A DNA stretch of 63,671 bases, filler included, from Sphacelaria rigidula (GCA_964200075.2; 10 parts of 10 records of this genome joined end to end with filler, not necessarily neighbours in it); one strand, 5' to 3'; shown: positions 37,985 through 51,688, counted from the whole stretch's first letter. The notes: generated from the letters alone by a model not told the origin. Translations and numbers: made by a program.

Positions 37985-38160
37985 GGGGGGGCGTACTCAA
38001 TTGTCGCTACCCTCAGTCATTTGAGCGTTGACGGCGCATCCCTTTCGAGACTGAGGGGGAAGGGGAGGGGGGGGCGTACTCATTTGTTGCTTGCCTTCGT
38101 CGCTTGACCATTGACCACGCATCCCTTTCGAGACGGAGCATGGGAAGGGGAGGGGGGGGG
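37985..38160. repeat. Two tandem 83-bp units matching the inner arm of the 32282-32649 palindrome
   Basis: gcgtactca at 37991 and 38074, each followed by ...gcatccctttcgagac. Confidence 0.85.
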
Positions 38161-38806
38161 GGCAGGNNNNNNNNNNNNNNNNNNNNNNNNNNNNNNNNNN
38201 NNNNNNNNNNTTAATTAATTAANNNNNNNNNNNNNNNNNNNNNNNNNNNNNNNNNNNNNNNNNNNNGTACCCCTACCGTAGCATCACTCTAGCATATTGT
38301 GCGGCGTGGAAAGACCTCGGTCCCGCGCAATGGGGATGATCATACTGTGTAGTGTTGATATGGTGAGACACCCATGAGGCAGTGTTGAACGCGTGGCTGC
38401 CTCTGTAATGGGCGATACCAGAAAATAAAGCAACTCATTGGAGGCTGTCATCCAAATGCAAGATGATCAGTAGGCTTCGGGCCGAACAGTCTTGGCAAGA
38501 TGCAGCTCATCCTTCATGTGACTCGCCGAACGCACCACGGTGCTTCGCGCTTGGTGATTGAGTGCGAGCCTGGTCCGATGAAAACCCGGCGTGCTCCGTC
38601 CCGGCTTAGTAGGGATGCGAGGTCAATTGTCCTATGACTATGGCATGCATGATCATGAGTACACCCCCCTCACCCCCTGACCCTGCGCAGGCCGCTGCCG
38701 AGCTAGCTAATTGAAATTGTTGACCGCCGATCTCTCGCACGTGCTTAACCTCATCTGCTTACCCCGATTTTTTTTTTCTTCCCTTTTTTGCTTGGTCGCG
38801 GAGCAG

Positions 38807-38871
38807 CTGGAGAATACTCGGCTTTTATTGGAGCAGCTCCGCAAGAGACGGCAGAAGTTAGAGTTAGACAG
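38807..38871 (+). CDS. Exon of an unknown coiled-coil protein
   Basis: Polypyrimidine tract + cag|CTG; LENTRLLLEQLRKRRQKLELD-AG|gtgaag; phase-compatible with 43823-43967. Confidence 0.6.
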
Positions 38872-40568
38872 GTGAAGTGATGGGATGGGGTGAGATGGCA
38901 TGAGATGGCGTGGGATGGGATGGGAGAACATGCGATAGCTTCCTGCGTTATTTGTCTTGTAGGTATGATGCCCGAAGAGTCTTGTCTGCGGGACAGGGAA
39001 GTGTGCTTGGTGACGCTTGACCCTGCTGCTAGCTGCTGCTCGCTGCTGCCTCTTTATGAAGGGGGGAAGAGGTAGAGCGTCGTCGCGGTTGGCGTTCTCG
39101 TCTTCTGCTCCTTGACTGACTGTTTGATTGATTGATTTAATTATTGGCACACATCAACTGATCCTGGAGGGACCCAGCTGTGGTCATTTTCCACGAGATG
39201 GACGTAAGTACCCAAATAAGCAAAACGCTCGCTAAAACAAGAAAGAAAGGTGGAAAATACAAATACAAATACAAATAAGTGAAAAAAAGGGTAGGACCAA
39301 CGGAGTATACCGGGAAACAAAACCGACACTTTTGAAACGAACAAAGATTATTCCTCTCCCAAGAAACATATTTTCGGACTTGCACGAACACAGCACAACG
39401 CAACACAACATGATCGTGATACTGGTACGTATAATTTCATGAGCTGTAGCTTCGCGTTTGAGCTGTTATCTACCGTGATTGTGATGACTTCCGGCCAACA
39501 CCCCGCTCCCCCTACTTCTCCGACAGGTCTTGGCGTCAAGGCCAGGTTCTCCACTGCGTGAGGGATCGTAAGATAGGAGGGCCGCGGGGTAGGAGGGAAC
39601 GTGCGAATGTGACGAATGACTTTGTTCTCGAGAACGATATGTTGCAAGATTATCACGAACAGTACAACACGGCACTGCAAAAAAAAAAATGAAGTAAATT
39701 TTACGGTGAAGTACGCGTACGATTCGATGGTCGCGCTTTCTGTACAGCATCGTAGAATATGCTGTTGTTTCTTACTGTACATGTTTTTTTGAAAACTTGG
39801 GATATGACTGTACCTGATAACCTTTCGCCTGGGAAAGTCCCCCCCCCCCCCAAGTCTTGAAACTTGGGGCTTGACTGTTAACCCGCAATCACACATCTTC
39901 GGACCTTTTTTCGCCTCTTGTGGCCCACGTATCATGTGACCGGATGATTTTTCAATAAAACGATCAAGGTTGTGTTCTGTAGGGTGTAGCGACTGAAAGT
40001 CGGGTATTTACAGAAGTATACAGAGGGCTATTTAATGGATGAGTAATACTGTGACCGCGGGTTCGAGAGATGGGGCTGATGTGCGAAAATAAAAATCATA
40101 GTCATGATCATGATCATGATAATAAAAATGATGTTGATAATGATAGTAATAATAACAAGAACAATACCCTTCCGAACCATACCGGATTGTTCGGAACAAG
40201 GGTCGTTACCCTGCCGAACCATGCCGAAACGTTTCGGCACACATTTCGGTGTGGTTCAGTAGTATACCAACCAAAATTCCCCCACTTCTGGGCACTGTAT
40301 ACCTTATCAATACACAAACACAACCTTGGAAAAAAAATGATTTTTTTTCACTTGTTCTGGTTTGCTTCTTGGAGTCGTATGACGTATAAATAAATATATA
40401 TATATATATTCGTGTATTTTGTTTTTTCTGCGGGGTCCTGTCATTTCATGTTTGTGGGCGCATGGTGAGTTTATTCTTTATTTTCCCCTTGTATTCTGTC
40501 TTTTTCGTGCCACGGCTTTGTGGCCGCGGGTGCTAAATTTCTGAAAATAAGCTCATGGGAGAATTAGC

Positions 40569-40603
<35 letters not shown>

Positions 40604-40762
40604 CCTCTATGCTGTAAACGGCGACAGGGAGAGCGGGAGGGGGGGGGAAGAGGGGGATTCGATCGCACGTAGCAAGGGGGTTCATGCGTGTATTACACGG
40701 TGCTACACGCTCGTCATGGCGTGGGCTTGAATATGCGTTAGAGCGTTGTGGGGCGGTGTGAA

Positions 40763-40763
<1 letters not shown>

Positions 40764-40835
<72 letters not shown>
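40764..40835. repeat. (GT)n microsatellite; (GAT)n at ~41056-41110 and (AAC)n at ~40569-40603 nearby
   Basis: Direct reading. Confidence 0.95.
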
Positions 40836-40836
<1 letters not shown>

Positions 40837-41141
40837 ATGTGATGTTTGTAGAAGAGAACGTTCCGCATTGAACGTTTTCTGCTGCCTGCGCGTCGACGCG
40901 TCAGAAAGTAGCTCCTTCGTGCAACAAGATTTGGCTCGGAATACCCCCCCCTGCGCCTGCCCATAAATTACCCCATGGTGGGATCAATCACGTTCTGCTG
41001 TTGCTTTTTCACCGGAACATGGACGCGACGCACGGTATAATGTATGATGTATACATGACGATGATGATGATGATGATGATAATGATGATGATGATGATGA
41101 TGATGATGACATTGATCGAAGAGATATCACACGCAATTTTG

Positions 41142-41407
41142 CACGGTTCGGACGAATCATCGCTGGTTCGAATTACCAAATCCACGGTTTCTAAGGCCTG
41201 ATTGTTTTCGAAATATATGAAAAAATATATATATATATTTTCGGAAAAGATCTCTACGCAAAATTTTCCGCCATTCCACGTGCCTGGGCTGCGCGTACCT
41301 GGGTTGCAACGCTGAACACAAGGCCCAAGTATTGATTCGTAGGGTATGGAGCAATGACACTAAAATCAAGTAATTTTCAGACGAATCATCAACTTGCCCG
41401 ACCCCTG
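41142..41407. mobile_element. hAT-type MITE, copy 1
   Basis: CACGGTTCGG...CCGACCCCTG termini; 8-bp TSD caattttg/cacttttg (7 of 8). Confidence 0.8.
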
Positions 41408-42447
41408 CACTTTTGAATCCAGTCTTGTACTCCTTGTTTTCTGTATCCAGTGTGTGTTGCTCCCTGTGTTCCCTGTGGTGTTTTTCTTTTTCGCTTGTTT
41501 TTCCCTTGTTCCTCTTTTTTTCTTTCTGTTTCCCTCTTTTCATCCTTTCGCTCTTCTTTCTGCCCTTGTTTTTTTTTCTCTTTATTTTTTTATTTTTTTC
41601 AGTTTCCCTACTTTTTTCCTTTCGATTTTCTTTTTATCCTTGTTTTTTTTTTTCTCTTTTTTTCTATTATAATATATATCCCCTACTTCATTTTCTCCCT
41701 TTTCCCTTTTTTTCCGATTTTTCCTCTGCACTTCATTTCTTTGCTTCTTTGCTTATTCTGTTATTCGCCGATCCTTTTTGTACTGTTTGTGGTTTCCCTT
41801 GTATGTTCACGTACGTCTATCGTAAATTGTTTGTAACCCCACCCCAAGACCGGATCCGTAGCGGACTGTTGATGTGCGTCACTAAAATTTGTTCACTCGT
41901 TCATTATTCAATTGATGGGTCGATCGATGGATCCCTTTTCTTGGGTGTGGCAAATGTTTCTGTTCATTTGACCTTCGAGCACGCGTCTAGATTTGCTTCC
42001 CACATTTCAACTAATCAAGAATCGGAAAACAATTGAGCAACTATGACCAACTCAGAGCACGAATCCCACCACGAGGAATTTATTCATTACGCACAAATCA
42101 CTCGGACTAACTGATGACTCCATGAATCAATTGATGAATGTTTGTTGCATTAGTATGTATATATATATATGAACTTAGTTGCATTTTGTTTGCCCACCTC
42201 CAAAAATTCCAAAAAGAAAAGAAAAGAAAAGAAGGCATATCCGTCGTTCATCCATCCAACAACGAACCGACCGATGGACCCATTCATCAACGAATGGTCA
42301 ATGTATCAGTTTCCAATATGGTCCCCTGCCTCCCGCCAAAAAGACGCCGCACGAGTCAACTAACGAACGAACGACCGATCAAATCCGTGTTTTTTAGCGA
42401 TAACGAATTAAGAAGCTGCGTCAAATGCTTTTCGAATCTGTATCTTT

Positions 42448-42707
42448 CACGGTTCGGACGAATCATCACCGGTTCAAATGACCAAATCCACGATTTCTTA
42501 GGCCTGACTGCTCGGAATATATGAAAAAAAGTCGACCGCTAGTCAAAAAGGTTCCCACGCAACTTTTGCGCTATTCCGCGTGCCTGGGCTGCGCGTACCT
42601 GGGTTGCAACGCTGAAAACAAAGCCCAGGGATCGATTCGTACGGTACGAATCAATCACACTAAAATCAAGTAATTCCCACATGGATCACTTATTCGTCCG
42701 ACCCGTG
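42448..42707. mobile_element. hAT-type MITE, copy 2
   Basis: TIR cacggttcggacgaat / attcgtccgacccgtg; perfect 8-bp TSD gtatcttt. Confidence 0.92.
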
Positions 42708-43822
42708 GTATCTTTTACAAGATGGTTTTGTTGCATTCGAGGTGGCTCCGTTGGCGTGAGACGTCCAATAAATCCATATGAGTAAATAAAGGAATGCATT
42801 ATCCAAATCCAAGTCAAACCGAATCGAATCGAATAAATTGAATCAGATCGAGTAAGATGGAATCGAAATAGAGTCCAATCAAATCGGTAGAAAGGATGTA
42901 TTTGTTTGCCTCTGTTGGGAAACATGCCGCCCGCCCCTCTACGTTTTTTCGAGTGACTTCTTGACAGAAGAAATGCGCCGCAGCATGTACGAGGGTGATG
43001 TTTTCGTACGTGACATTAACTCGAGAGGATTTCGCACGTCGGACAGCTAGCTCATGAGCTATTATACCCGAAATAAGTAGTCGGAAAGAACTCTCAGATC
43101 CATTGTACAAGAACACAAAACACGTGACAGCGGTGTCTGAGAAGCCAAAGCGTTACCTTCCCGCTACATCGCTTGCTCGGCGTCCATGGCTGTCGGGAGC
43201 TACGGAAATATTGGCCAAATGAGCTAGCTCATGATCTAGATCAGTACTCTAATAACAAGTTACATCCAGGTAGCACCTCATGAGCTGTCCCACGTGTGGA
43301 GGATTTCACACGTATCCACAAGACCACGAGTAACACGCAACTGACTGACGCAGCCGTGGCTGCTCGCTAGTGCCACATGTATACATCACCCTTATTGTTA
43401 TCATAATCATTGCCATTTATTATCATTACCATTACCATAACCACTACCATTATCATTATCAATATCGGAATCTCTGAAAATGAAGAATATAGATTGTATT
43501 AATTTTGGTTGAAATAATTTGTTTGTTTGTTTGTTTGTTGGTTTGTTTGTTTGTTGGGAGTGGTTGGGGTTGTTGGTCGGGGTTGGATTATTATTTCTGG
43601 AAGAAGGGTACAGAATAATATCAATACATTTACCATCACCATTACCATTATCGTTACCATCCTCATCGTTATCGTTGTTGCCATCACCATCACCATCACT
43701 GTCACTGCCACCGTCAGTATCACTATTGCTATTGCCATTGCTATTACTAATGCTATTGATAATGCTATTGCCCCCATCAATCTAGTATTTTCTCCTGACC
43801 ATCCGTATTATTTTCTGCGCAG

Positions 43823-43967
43823 GATAACGTCTGAGAGGGAAGTTGCAGCGATAAAGGCTCCCCCCAAGCGAACGAGGACCATCGACGACATAGACCGAGA
43901 GATGGGGCTGGTAGAAAAAGCTGCGGGAATCAAGGCTCGGCTCGACGAAATGCAGGGACACATCAAG
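43823..43967 (+). CDS. Exon of an unknown coiled-coil protein
   Basis: gcgcag|G ATA; ITSEREVAAIKAPPKRTRTIDDIDREMGLVEKAAGIKARLDEMQGHIK|gtatag. Confidence 0.65.
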
Positions 43968-46900
43968 GTATAGACAGTGCTGTACAGTACAGTAACACAA
44001 TTACTGTAGAAAAAATATCATGTAGAATGACGAGACTTTTTTTATTATTTTTTATTGCGGCACGGATCTTACGCGAGTTGTGTCGTCAACACAAGTCCGT
44101 GGTTGCAACATGTTGATCGAACTGCTCAACGAGCCTTTTGGCCGCTGGGGTAGGTCACGGTCGAACAGTCCGATTGGTATCTCGAGTCGCATGCACGCAC
44201 CACAACTGATTATTCCGCTTCGGCAGCCGACACCACCACATGACTGTACAGAATATTCACCCGAGGTTACGGTAGATTGAAGGTAGTTACCCGTTGTTGG
44301 TTCGACTTGGCAAGGGTATATACGAAACCCTGAGGTGGGACGTCGCCGGCAACTCAGGGTTATTTTTCAAATTTTCCAATAATCCCTGAGTTGCAAACCA
44401 CCCCAAAGCGTTGGTGTGTGCATATCTCCACGCAGGACATTGTTGCACCGAGCAGAAGTCCAGACTCTGATTCCCCCACGGGCGGCAGGCCGTTCTCTGA
44501 CCACGGTCACCAACGGCTGGCTCCGGCTGCACTTGGTCAACGGNNNNNNNNNNNNNNNNNNNNNNNNNNNNNNNNNNNNNNNNNNNNTTAATTAATTAAN
44601 NNNNNNNNNNNNNNNNNNNNNNNNNNNNNNNNNNNNNNNNNNNGCCATGGGTCCCAAGATATAGAGTTTTTCCCGCCAGGTGCCTTAAGCGTATCTTAAT
44701 TGGTACATTTCCCTCTACTCATCATCAATGTTGCTCTTCGGGCTGAAAACGAAACAACAGAATCTTTTTTGAAAATCGAACCGACATCATGCTCATGAAA
44801 CAATCAGAAGACACGACAAATTTTTCCCGTCGCTATCCATCAACCATTTGACGGCGAGAAAATTAGGTAATATGTTGAAGTGGCATCAATTTCACTCAAT
44901 AAAAGTATCCATGATCCAGATTTGCTACCGTACTCAGCCCATGAGCTTACACAATGCACACAGCTATCACCGGTGCTCATGTACCTTGGCTGTCGATCCA
45001 CTGATCGTGGAGGCGAAGTCGCAGAAACTCTTGTACTACTATTGTGTATTGCATCACTAGCAAGTTGTCAAGTATCGGTGCTGTAGCGGCTCGAATATCT
45101 GGACGAGGCCGTAAGCGGAACCAAAACGTTCCGCCTAGCTAGGCTGGTGACGGGGTGCGCCGGAGGCGCCGCCGGAGAGAGGATAAATTCGCGGTCGGGC
45201 TCTTCTCTTTTAAATCGACCTGGCTATTGACTGCTCAAGGGCAGCGTTTTGCGCGCAGCACGCTTTTTTTGTTTTTTACCGGAGAAAAGTAGTCAACGAA
45301 AGAAAAACGTGGAAGAGTACGCGCAGCTCAATGCCTTCTGCTCAGTCTTGCAGTACAGGCATCGCCAGGAAACAAGTAAATGCTACCTTGCAGCGGACAT
45401 ACACGGTTCCTCATACTTCCGGTGACAGACTGAGTACATGGCAAATGGGGACCCAACCGCCACGCTACGACGGCTAACAAACGCCAATAATATGTAGCCA
45501 TTCGAAAATGACCATAAAAAACGTGTGTTTAGTGAATATTGATATTGCTTATCCATGTCGGCAAGTACAGTATGTATATTTGAATAGAGCAATATTATAT
45601 ATTGCAATAATATTAATAATACAATAATGCGCCGAAATATCTGACGCCTGTCTTGTGCAGTACTGTAATGCAATTTAACTTCCGGGTATCGTCGTCATCC
45701 TGCCGGACGTGTATTTACGTCTTGATTTTTTCCTGCCAGCGCCTCGTGATGTGCAGTTTCGTGTCCAGTTCCGTGTCGTTGGTGAGTAGATTGTGTGGTA
45801 CGTTGTAATCAGCATTATAATAACCGTGAGTAACCGCATAATAATAAACTGCATTGCGTAGATAGTAACAACGTTGTGATGAAGTGAAATGTATCTTCGT
45901 GCGCACGAAGTGCAGCAGGCACGTTATGTAGCGTACTCTTTGATTTCACCAAGCGTTTGTATGCATTGAAGTGTGCAATATGGTGAATTAATTAAGCATA
46001 TGTACATGTTTTGGTATCATTTTGATACATCATAACACACATTGACCAACGTAATACATTGCTGGCAAAGGAACAAAATACGCCACACTACAGACTTGAC
46101 TGTAGAGGTTTACTCCGAGAAAAAATCAAAGACGACAGTGGACAGTGTTGGCTTCGCATCGCGACAGCAAACCTTACAACGTTCATGATGGTCTATGGTC
46201 ATCAAGCCCAAATAGCGACTGACTCCTGACAAGAAACTCATAAACTTTCAACACTCGTTCTGCAAGGAAAGTATAATCCACGGAAAAAATCACGGTTCGT
46301 CGAAAAAGTTTAAACAAAACCGAAATGATTATTGGTGGTAAGGTGTGGTAGTATGCGGCATGTAGGAGAGAATGAAGCAAAAAAATAGCTTTATGTGGTC
46401 ATTAGGAATGGCGACACCATGTGCGGAGGGTTTGTTTCACGTCGGAGAATGGTTTCCATTCAAACACATATCGCAGCATGTACACTAATACTGTAGTGTT
46501 ATCACGGGAAAGACAATTATATAAAAACGTACAGTGCACTGTGAAAATGGCATACCCCGCGGTTGAACCGTACGTCTGCCTGTCTACTTCTCTTGGAGAA
46601 GCGAGAGACAGAACAACACCATTATGATTTTGACCATCATTATGATATGATTATTACGACTACGACTACGACTACGACTATGACTATGACTATGACTATG
46701 ACTATGACTATGACTATGATCCAACCTGCCTGTAAGAAGGGGAGTCTGAGATTGAATCACGTCACGTACAATATGGTATTACTATTGTATTCGCCCTGTA
46801 ATAATGTCAGACTCAGAATTGGGTGTTGGGTATTAACGCGGGGTTTTTTTACAAGCTTATTCCATGCAGAACTCTTCAAAACATGCTGGCAGGAAGGACT

Positions 46901-47529
46901 GTACAGGTGAGCATTCAAGGCCGATATCGTGGTATGACGACGATGACGGTACTCACATCTTGACTTGCACTCACAGGACTGCGTGAGGTACATGAGATAG
47001 GCACTAGTCAACTTTTCGCGGTATATTTGTGTGTCACACACTCAAATTTTACGTACCTGTGCTGACATCAAATTCTACTTCACGTCAACATACGGACACT
47101 ACGGAAAACTGATGCCTGGCCCGTGCAGAGTTGCAAGTCAACTCCCGACTTTCATCCTGAAGTATCGGCCGTTTATTGAATTTTTTCGTGTCTTGAATAT
47201 TTCATGTGTGTGAGCCTTTCCAGCGGCGGATCGTGGTGGAGAGTTGCGGGTGCAGCCATTCAGTCGAACTCTTACTCCCAGTAGTGCTATTGCAACACCA
47301 AAGTCTCCACCGCAAGCTGCTGGCAGGAACGAGTATTCCTTACAACACAGATGAAGCTCGAACCGTAAGCACACGGTGGATAGGATGATGACGATACTCG
47401 GGAGTTAAGCTACTATGCAATGATATTGCACCAGCCAGGCGTCAACTTTTGGAGGGTGGTATATATATATATATATATTCGGTGGTATTGATGGTATTGA
47501 TGGTATTGGTGATAGGAAGTAGCCACCGC

Positions 47530-47608
47530 GCTCCGGTGATCCAATGGTTGAATGGTAGAATTTAAACCACTAGGTCAGGAAACGCGGGTTCAATCCCCGC
47601 CAGGGGCG
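47530..47608 (+). other. tRNA-like Pol III unit (tRNA pseudogene or SINE head)
   Basis: A-box-like TGATCCAATGG; perfect T-arm GCGGG-TTCAATC-CCCGC; acceptor stem GCTCCGG/CAGGGGC pairs 6 of 7; the anticodon arm does not fold. Confidence 0.65.
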
Positions 47609-48243
47609 TTTAGTTTGGATTATCTTCTTATATATAATTGATTTTCGTCGTCGAAGGCGGGAGAATATATGTGACTATAATAGCAAGATATTTTGTTCGG
47701 CCAATAATAAGCTTGTTCGACGAGAGTCGACACGGTGCGAAAGTGCTAATGGACATGATCCAATCCGCGATGCCGAAATGAAATACCTGTAACTGTAAAC
47801 CGTGTACCGGGGGAGAGATAGGTTGAACCAACCCTCCAGACAGACCACCAACTTGTCCCCAGGAGGGGGAGGGGGGTGAAAGGTGATATTAAGAAATAGA
47901 TAGAAACTTGCGGAAAAAACACTTTTTCCCGTCAGCGTAGCTTTTTTTCGTTAAAATCTATTATAGCTGACGAAACCATTTCAGGAAACCGTTTCGTTGC
48001 CTCAGTATGAAGAGTTTCTCTAACGAGTGCTGTGAAAAATAAACGATATCCGGAAGCATCCTGTTAGTTGAATTTTGTTTACATTAAACGGCGCTAACCT
48101 GTCTCATGTATTAGAATTATGTAGGTGTTGTTTATGATGCGCAGGTGTACAAGTGGAGCAACACACCTCACGTCACCTCACTTCACCTACCCTAGCCTAG
48201 CCTAGCCTAGCCTAGCCCAACCATGAGCACGTGGTCGACTCAC

Positions 48244-48387
48244 GATTCTCTCTTGGCGTCTCTTCAGCATTTCGTTTGATCTGGCGATCACTCCGGAGAA
48301 CTCGGTCCCTTCAGTGATGGCCGTCAGTAAGCGCTTGCGGTCTCGGGTCATGGCCTCCTCGTCTCCTCGCCTCTCGCGGAAGTCTTG
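48244..48387 (-). CDS. Exon of an unknown helical protein
   Basis: ttctgcag|CAA...ATC|gtgagt; 48 codons QDFRERRGDEEAMTRDRKRLLTAITEGTEFSGVIARSNEMLKRRQERI. Confidence 0.65.
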
Positions 48388-49256
48388 CTGCAGAATAAAC
48401 GGACAAGAATATAACCGATTCAGCGTGTGGATAATACCCCAATACAATACTTGCGTGGATACGATGAATTGCCACAAGGGTCAGGAGATTTCCTATATCT
48501 TCACTTCCGGGGGCACCGGTGAGATAGCTCTGAATAATTATTTCATCTAGGATTGCTCCATGTATTATAACAAGATCCAGGGTCTGAACCGCGCCCCGCT
48601 CACCGCCGTGAAAAAAAAATCAACCAACTGACGTCAGGTGTTAAGTGGGTATAACGTAACGTCGAAAATATGGTTGAGGGAAGTAGGTGAGCGGGTAGCG
48701 GTATTTACGCACTACTACCAAATTTCCTGCGGGAACCGTTGGCTTGGGCAAGCAACATACACACGCAATACTACGTCATGTGTGACAAAAAAAAAAGCAG
48801 GAAAATATGCGCATCGCGCTGCTATAATAGTCGACGAAAATGGGAATCGCTGCAAACTACTCGTCCCAACGAAGACGCTTGATGATGCTTATACGATAGA
48901 GGCACGAGGACGCAGTAATGTGGATACTACGCTGCTGAAGAAAAAGAGATGCGACTGATAAGAAGTGGCAGTCGGGGACTCAGTCCCAACCTTTGATCAG
49001 CAGAACAATCAGCATAGTACCGTACAGCATAGTGCTGTACTCATCGACAAAGAAGTACTCGCTACGTGGATATGCGGTACCCCCAGGTGCCTACAGATAG
49101 AGTGCGTACAAAACATCGTACTACCGAAATTATTGCACGGTACGATGGTATAACCAACACTATAAATATAGTCGAGGCAAGATGTATGTACTTTCGCTCA
49201 GTCAATACTGCGGACACACAGAGTCGTTGAATACCTCTAAATAAGTGTCCACGCGA

Positions 49257-49513
49257 GAGCACTGCTACGGTAGGGGTGCACTTTTTGCGCGAAATCTTGT
49301 CTGGTTCAGGGGCTCCTAACGATCCTAGATGGCACGAGAATATAGGTCAGGGCATCCCCGTTTGCAAATTCATCCGGGACATCATTAGCACATCAAAATA
49401 GTAATCCCGGCGTACCCTCACATATTTCGTCAGTGGTCTTTTGGATGAGATGCAGGGCTCCTAACAATTCAAACCTCAGAAAATATTTGTGCACCCTTAC
49501 CGTAGCATCACTC
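49257..49513. mobile_element. MITE with GAG...CTC termini and a 4-bp TSD (Sola-like, tentative)
   Basis: gagcactgctacggtaggggtgcac / gtgcacccttaccgtagcatcactc; flanks gcga/acga (3 of 4). Confidence 0.8.
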
Positions 49514-50481
49514 ACGATCAAGGGGCGATGAGACGACAAACAAGTCACAGGGCATGAGCCATACCAGGATAGCGGTACACAAGAAATCTATTAGGTTTGG
49601 AATGTTTGGAGCTCACCATGTCGTCCAAAAAACGTGTCAACTTTGCGACACTTACCGTGAAATAAATCGCATTACTAGTTTTTCACGAGTAGGTAGATGG
49701 GAAAGCTCTGTTTCCATAAAAATAGTCGGTTCAACAAGATTGAAGTCTACTTTGCATGTCGGGTTATGTTGATTGTAATATTATTCTTATTTACTCTTTC
49801 ATTTTATTCGTCGCACTTTGGACCCCTTCCCCTTCCTCGGGCCGAGTCCGTGGTCTCAAGGGATCACATCAATCCATCTCTCCCCGGTGCACGCCTGTCA
49901 TTTTGATCTCGCGGGTTGGGTCATGACTATCAGCACTCCCGCACTGCGTCAACTCACGTCAAACAAACTCAGTCAACTACTTTGTTTTCTCACGTAAAAC
50001 AGGCAACTCAAACCTCAAATGTTTCGTAGTACAGGCTATAATAGTCTCGGGCAGATATGTGTAGTGTGTACTGTAAGCCCGGGTTTTTCGCTCGGGGTTC
50101 GAGACGCAGGACTGATTTTCTTGAGGAGACATGCGAATCGACGGTTAGAGGGTCATGTTGCTTCTTGTTGAGTTATCTCTTTGACCGCCAGGGTGTGTCA
50201 TGTGGGTCACGCAGTAATTGTTCAAGTGTGGAAGTGATGGTGATTCAATAGATGACCTACCCTTGTGGTCAAACGGCCAACTTCATGGTGCGGGAATCTC
50301 CATAAATATGATTCACTAATATTTTCGGAATCGAACAAAGAAGAAAATCTACTCAACTGATAGCTTTCGAATAATGGATCTGCACCTAGAGTCGTACACC
50401 GATAGAGGAGGGTCAAAATCGCCCTTTTTACCGAGGTGGGGAGTAAGGGGTTCGACCTTAAAATACTAGCTGTTGTGCCAT

Positions 50482-50670
50482 GAGTGATGCTAAGTAGGGG
50501 TGCACAAATATTTTTCGAGGTTAGAATTGTTAGGAGCACTTTATCTCATGCAAAGCACGACCTATGAAACTATGTGAAAGTACGCCAGGATTACTACTCC
50601 AATGTGCTGGGGATATTCCGAATGACTTTACAAACGGGGATGCCCTGACCCATATTTTTATGCATTTACA
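50482..50670. mobile_element. Second, inverted copy of the 49257-49513 MITE, cut off by a SINE
   Basis: gagtgatgctaagtaggggtgcacaaatatttt...aaacggggatgccctgacc is the reverse complement of 49345-49513. Confidence 0.8.
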
Positions 50671-50675
50671 ATCAG

Positions 50676-50919
50676 GCCGGTCGCCCCGGTGGCTCAGTTG
50701 GTAACCTGGAAACGTTTTGACGGTTGGATCGTGGGTTCAAATCTCGGAGCGATCTGGGATTATTTCTCACACCATGCCCAGCAGAGGAGAGTGCCTATCT
50801 ATGTCGTGGGTACACAAAATTCGACTGAACGGTCGACGAGGGAAAGGGACTGCTGAACCCCTCTCGCGATAAAAAATAAAGGCAAGCGCCGCAGAAGGAA
50901 GGTGGGGTACTAAGAACAA
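50676..50919 (+). mobile_element. tRNA-derived SINE (truncated at contig end)
   Basis: A box TGGCTCAGTTGG and B box GGTTCAAATC, followed by a non-tRNA body; inserted in a MITE. Confidence 0.7.
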
Positions 50920-51452
50920 NNNNNNNNNNNNNNNNNNNNNNNNNNNNNNNNNNNNNNNNNNNNTTAATTAATTAANNNNNNNNNNNNNNNNNNNNNNNNN
51001 NNNNNNNNNNNNNNNNNNNCTTTCGTGCAAGACAGATATGCCACTTCAGCCCCATATTTTGTATGAACCCCAAAATATAAAATCGGCTGTTTACTGCTAC
51101 TCGAACCGCGGTCTCATTTTCGCCCCCAATGCCCGTTTATGCTCGCAGGTGAATCTCAGTATAGATCCTTGCAGTGTGGTGAATATTGAATCCTTCTGTA
51201 TCTGAGTTTCATGCCCATGTGCCCGACGTGAATGTTTCATAAAATGCCGAGGGATACTGCTGAGGTGAGGTGAAAAACATTCATTCTGTATATGTCATGC
51301 TTGGGTTCATTGCCGTGAGTATGCTCCGTACCGGTTGACTCTTTCGTAACAATTTTTGTTCGTCCATTCACGTACCATGCCCTTATTGTTTTTTGCCCTC
51401 GACTCTGCTGTTGTTGCTGTTGTTGCTGTTGCTGCTGTTGTTGCTGCTGCAG

Positions 51453-51611
51453 CCCTTGTACCTGAACATGGCCTGGGTGTTCATAACTCAAGCATTATTC
51501 TGTCTAGTGGCTGGTGTGTTCCTTGCTATTGCCAAGATCAATGGGGACATCTGCGATCATCATCTGGAGCTCCTCGAGACCAACATAGATCCGCAAACCA
51601 CATCCATTACG
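51453..51611 (+). CDS. Exon of a membrane protein (prominin/tweety-like pattern, tentative)
   Basis: tgcag|CCC; hydrophobic helix MAWVFITQALFCLVAGVFLAIA then GDICD; ACG|gtgagc. Confidence 0.7.
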
Positions 51612-51654
51612 GTGAGCGACCCATATGATGTGTTGGTGTTGGTGGTGGTGGTAG

Positions 51655-51688
<34 letters not shown>

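Noticed and set aside
41394..42036. Phe-rich membrane protein ORFs
   Set aside because: Low-complexity T/C-rich intronic sequence that is open in several frames.
41142..42707. LTR pair of a TRIM/LTR element
   Set aside because: Each repeat has its own TIRs and a distinct 8-bp TSD, so they are two hAT MITEs.
43499..43800. Ile/Thr/Val-rich ORFs
   Set aside because: Degenerate trinucleotide repeat upstream of the likely exon at 43823.
47530..47608. Functional tRNA gene
   Set aside because: No foldable anticodon stem-loop; kept only as tRNA-like.
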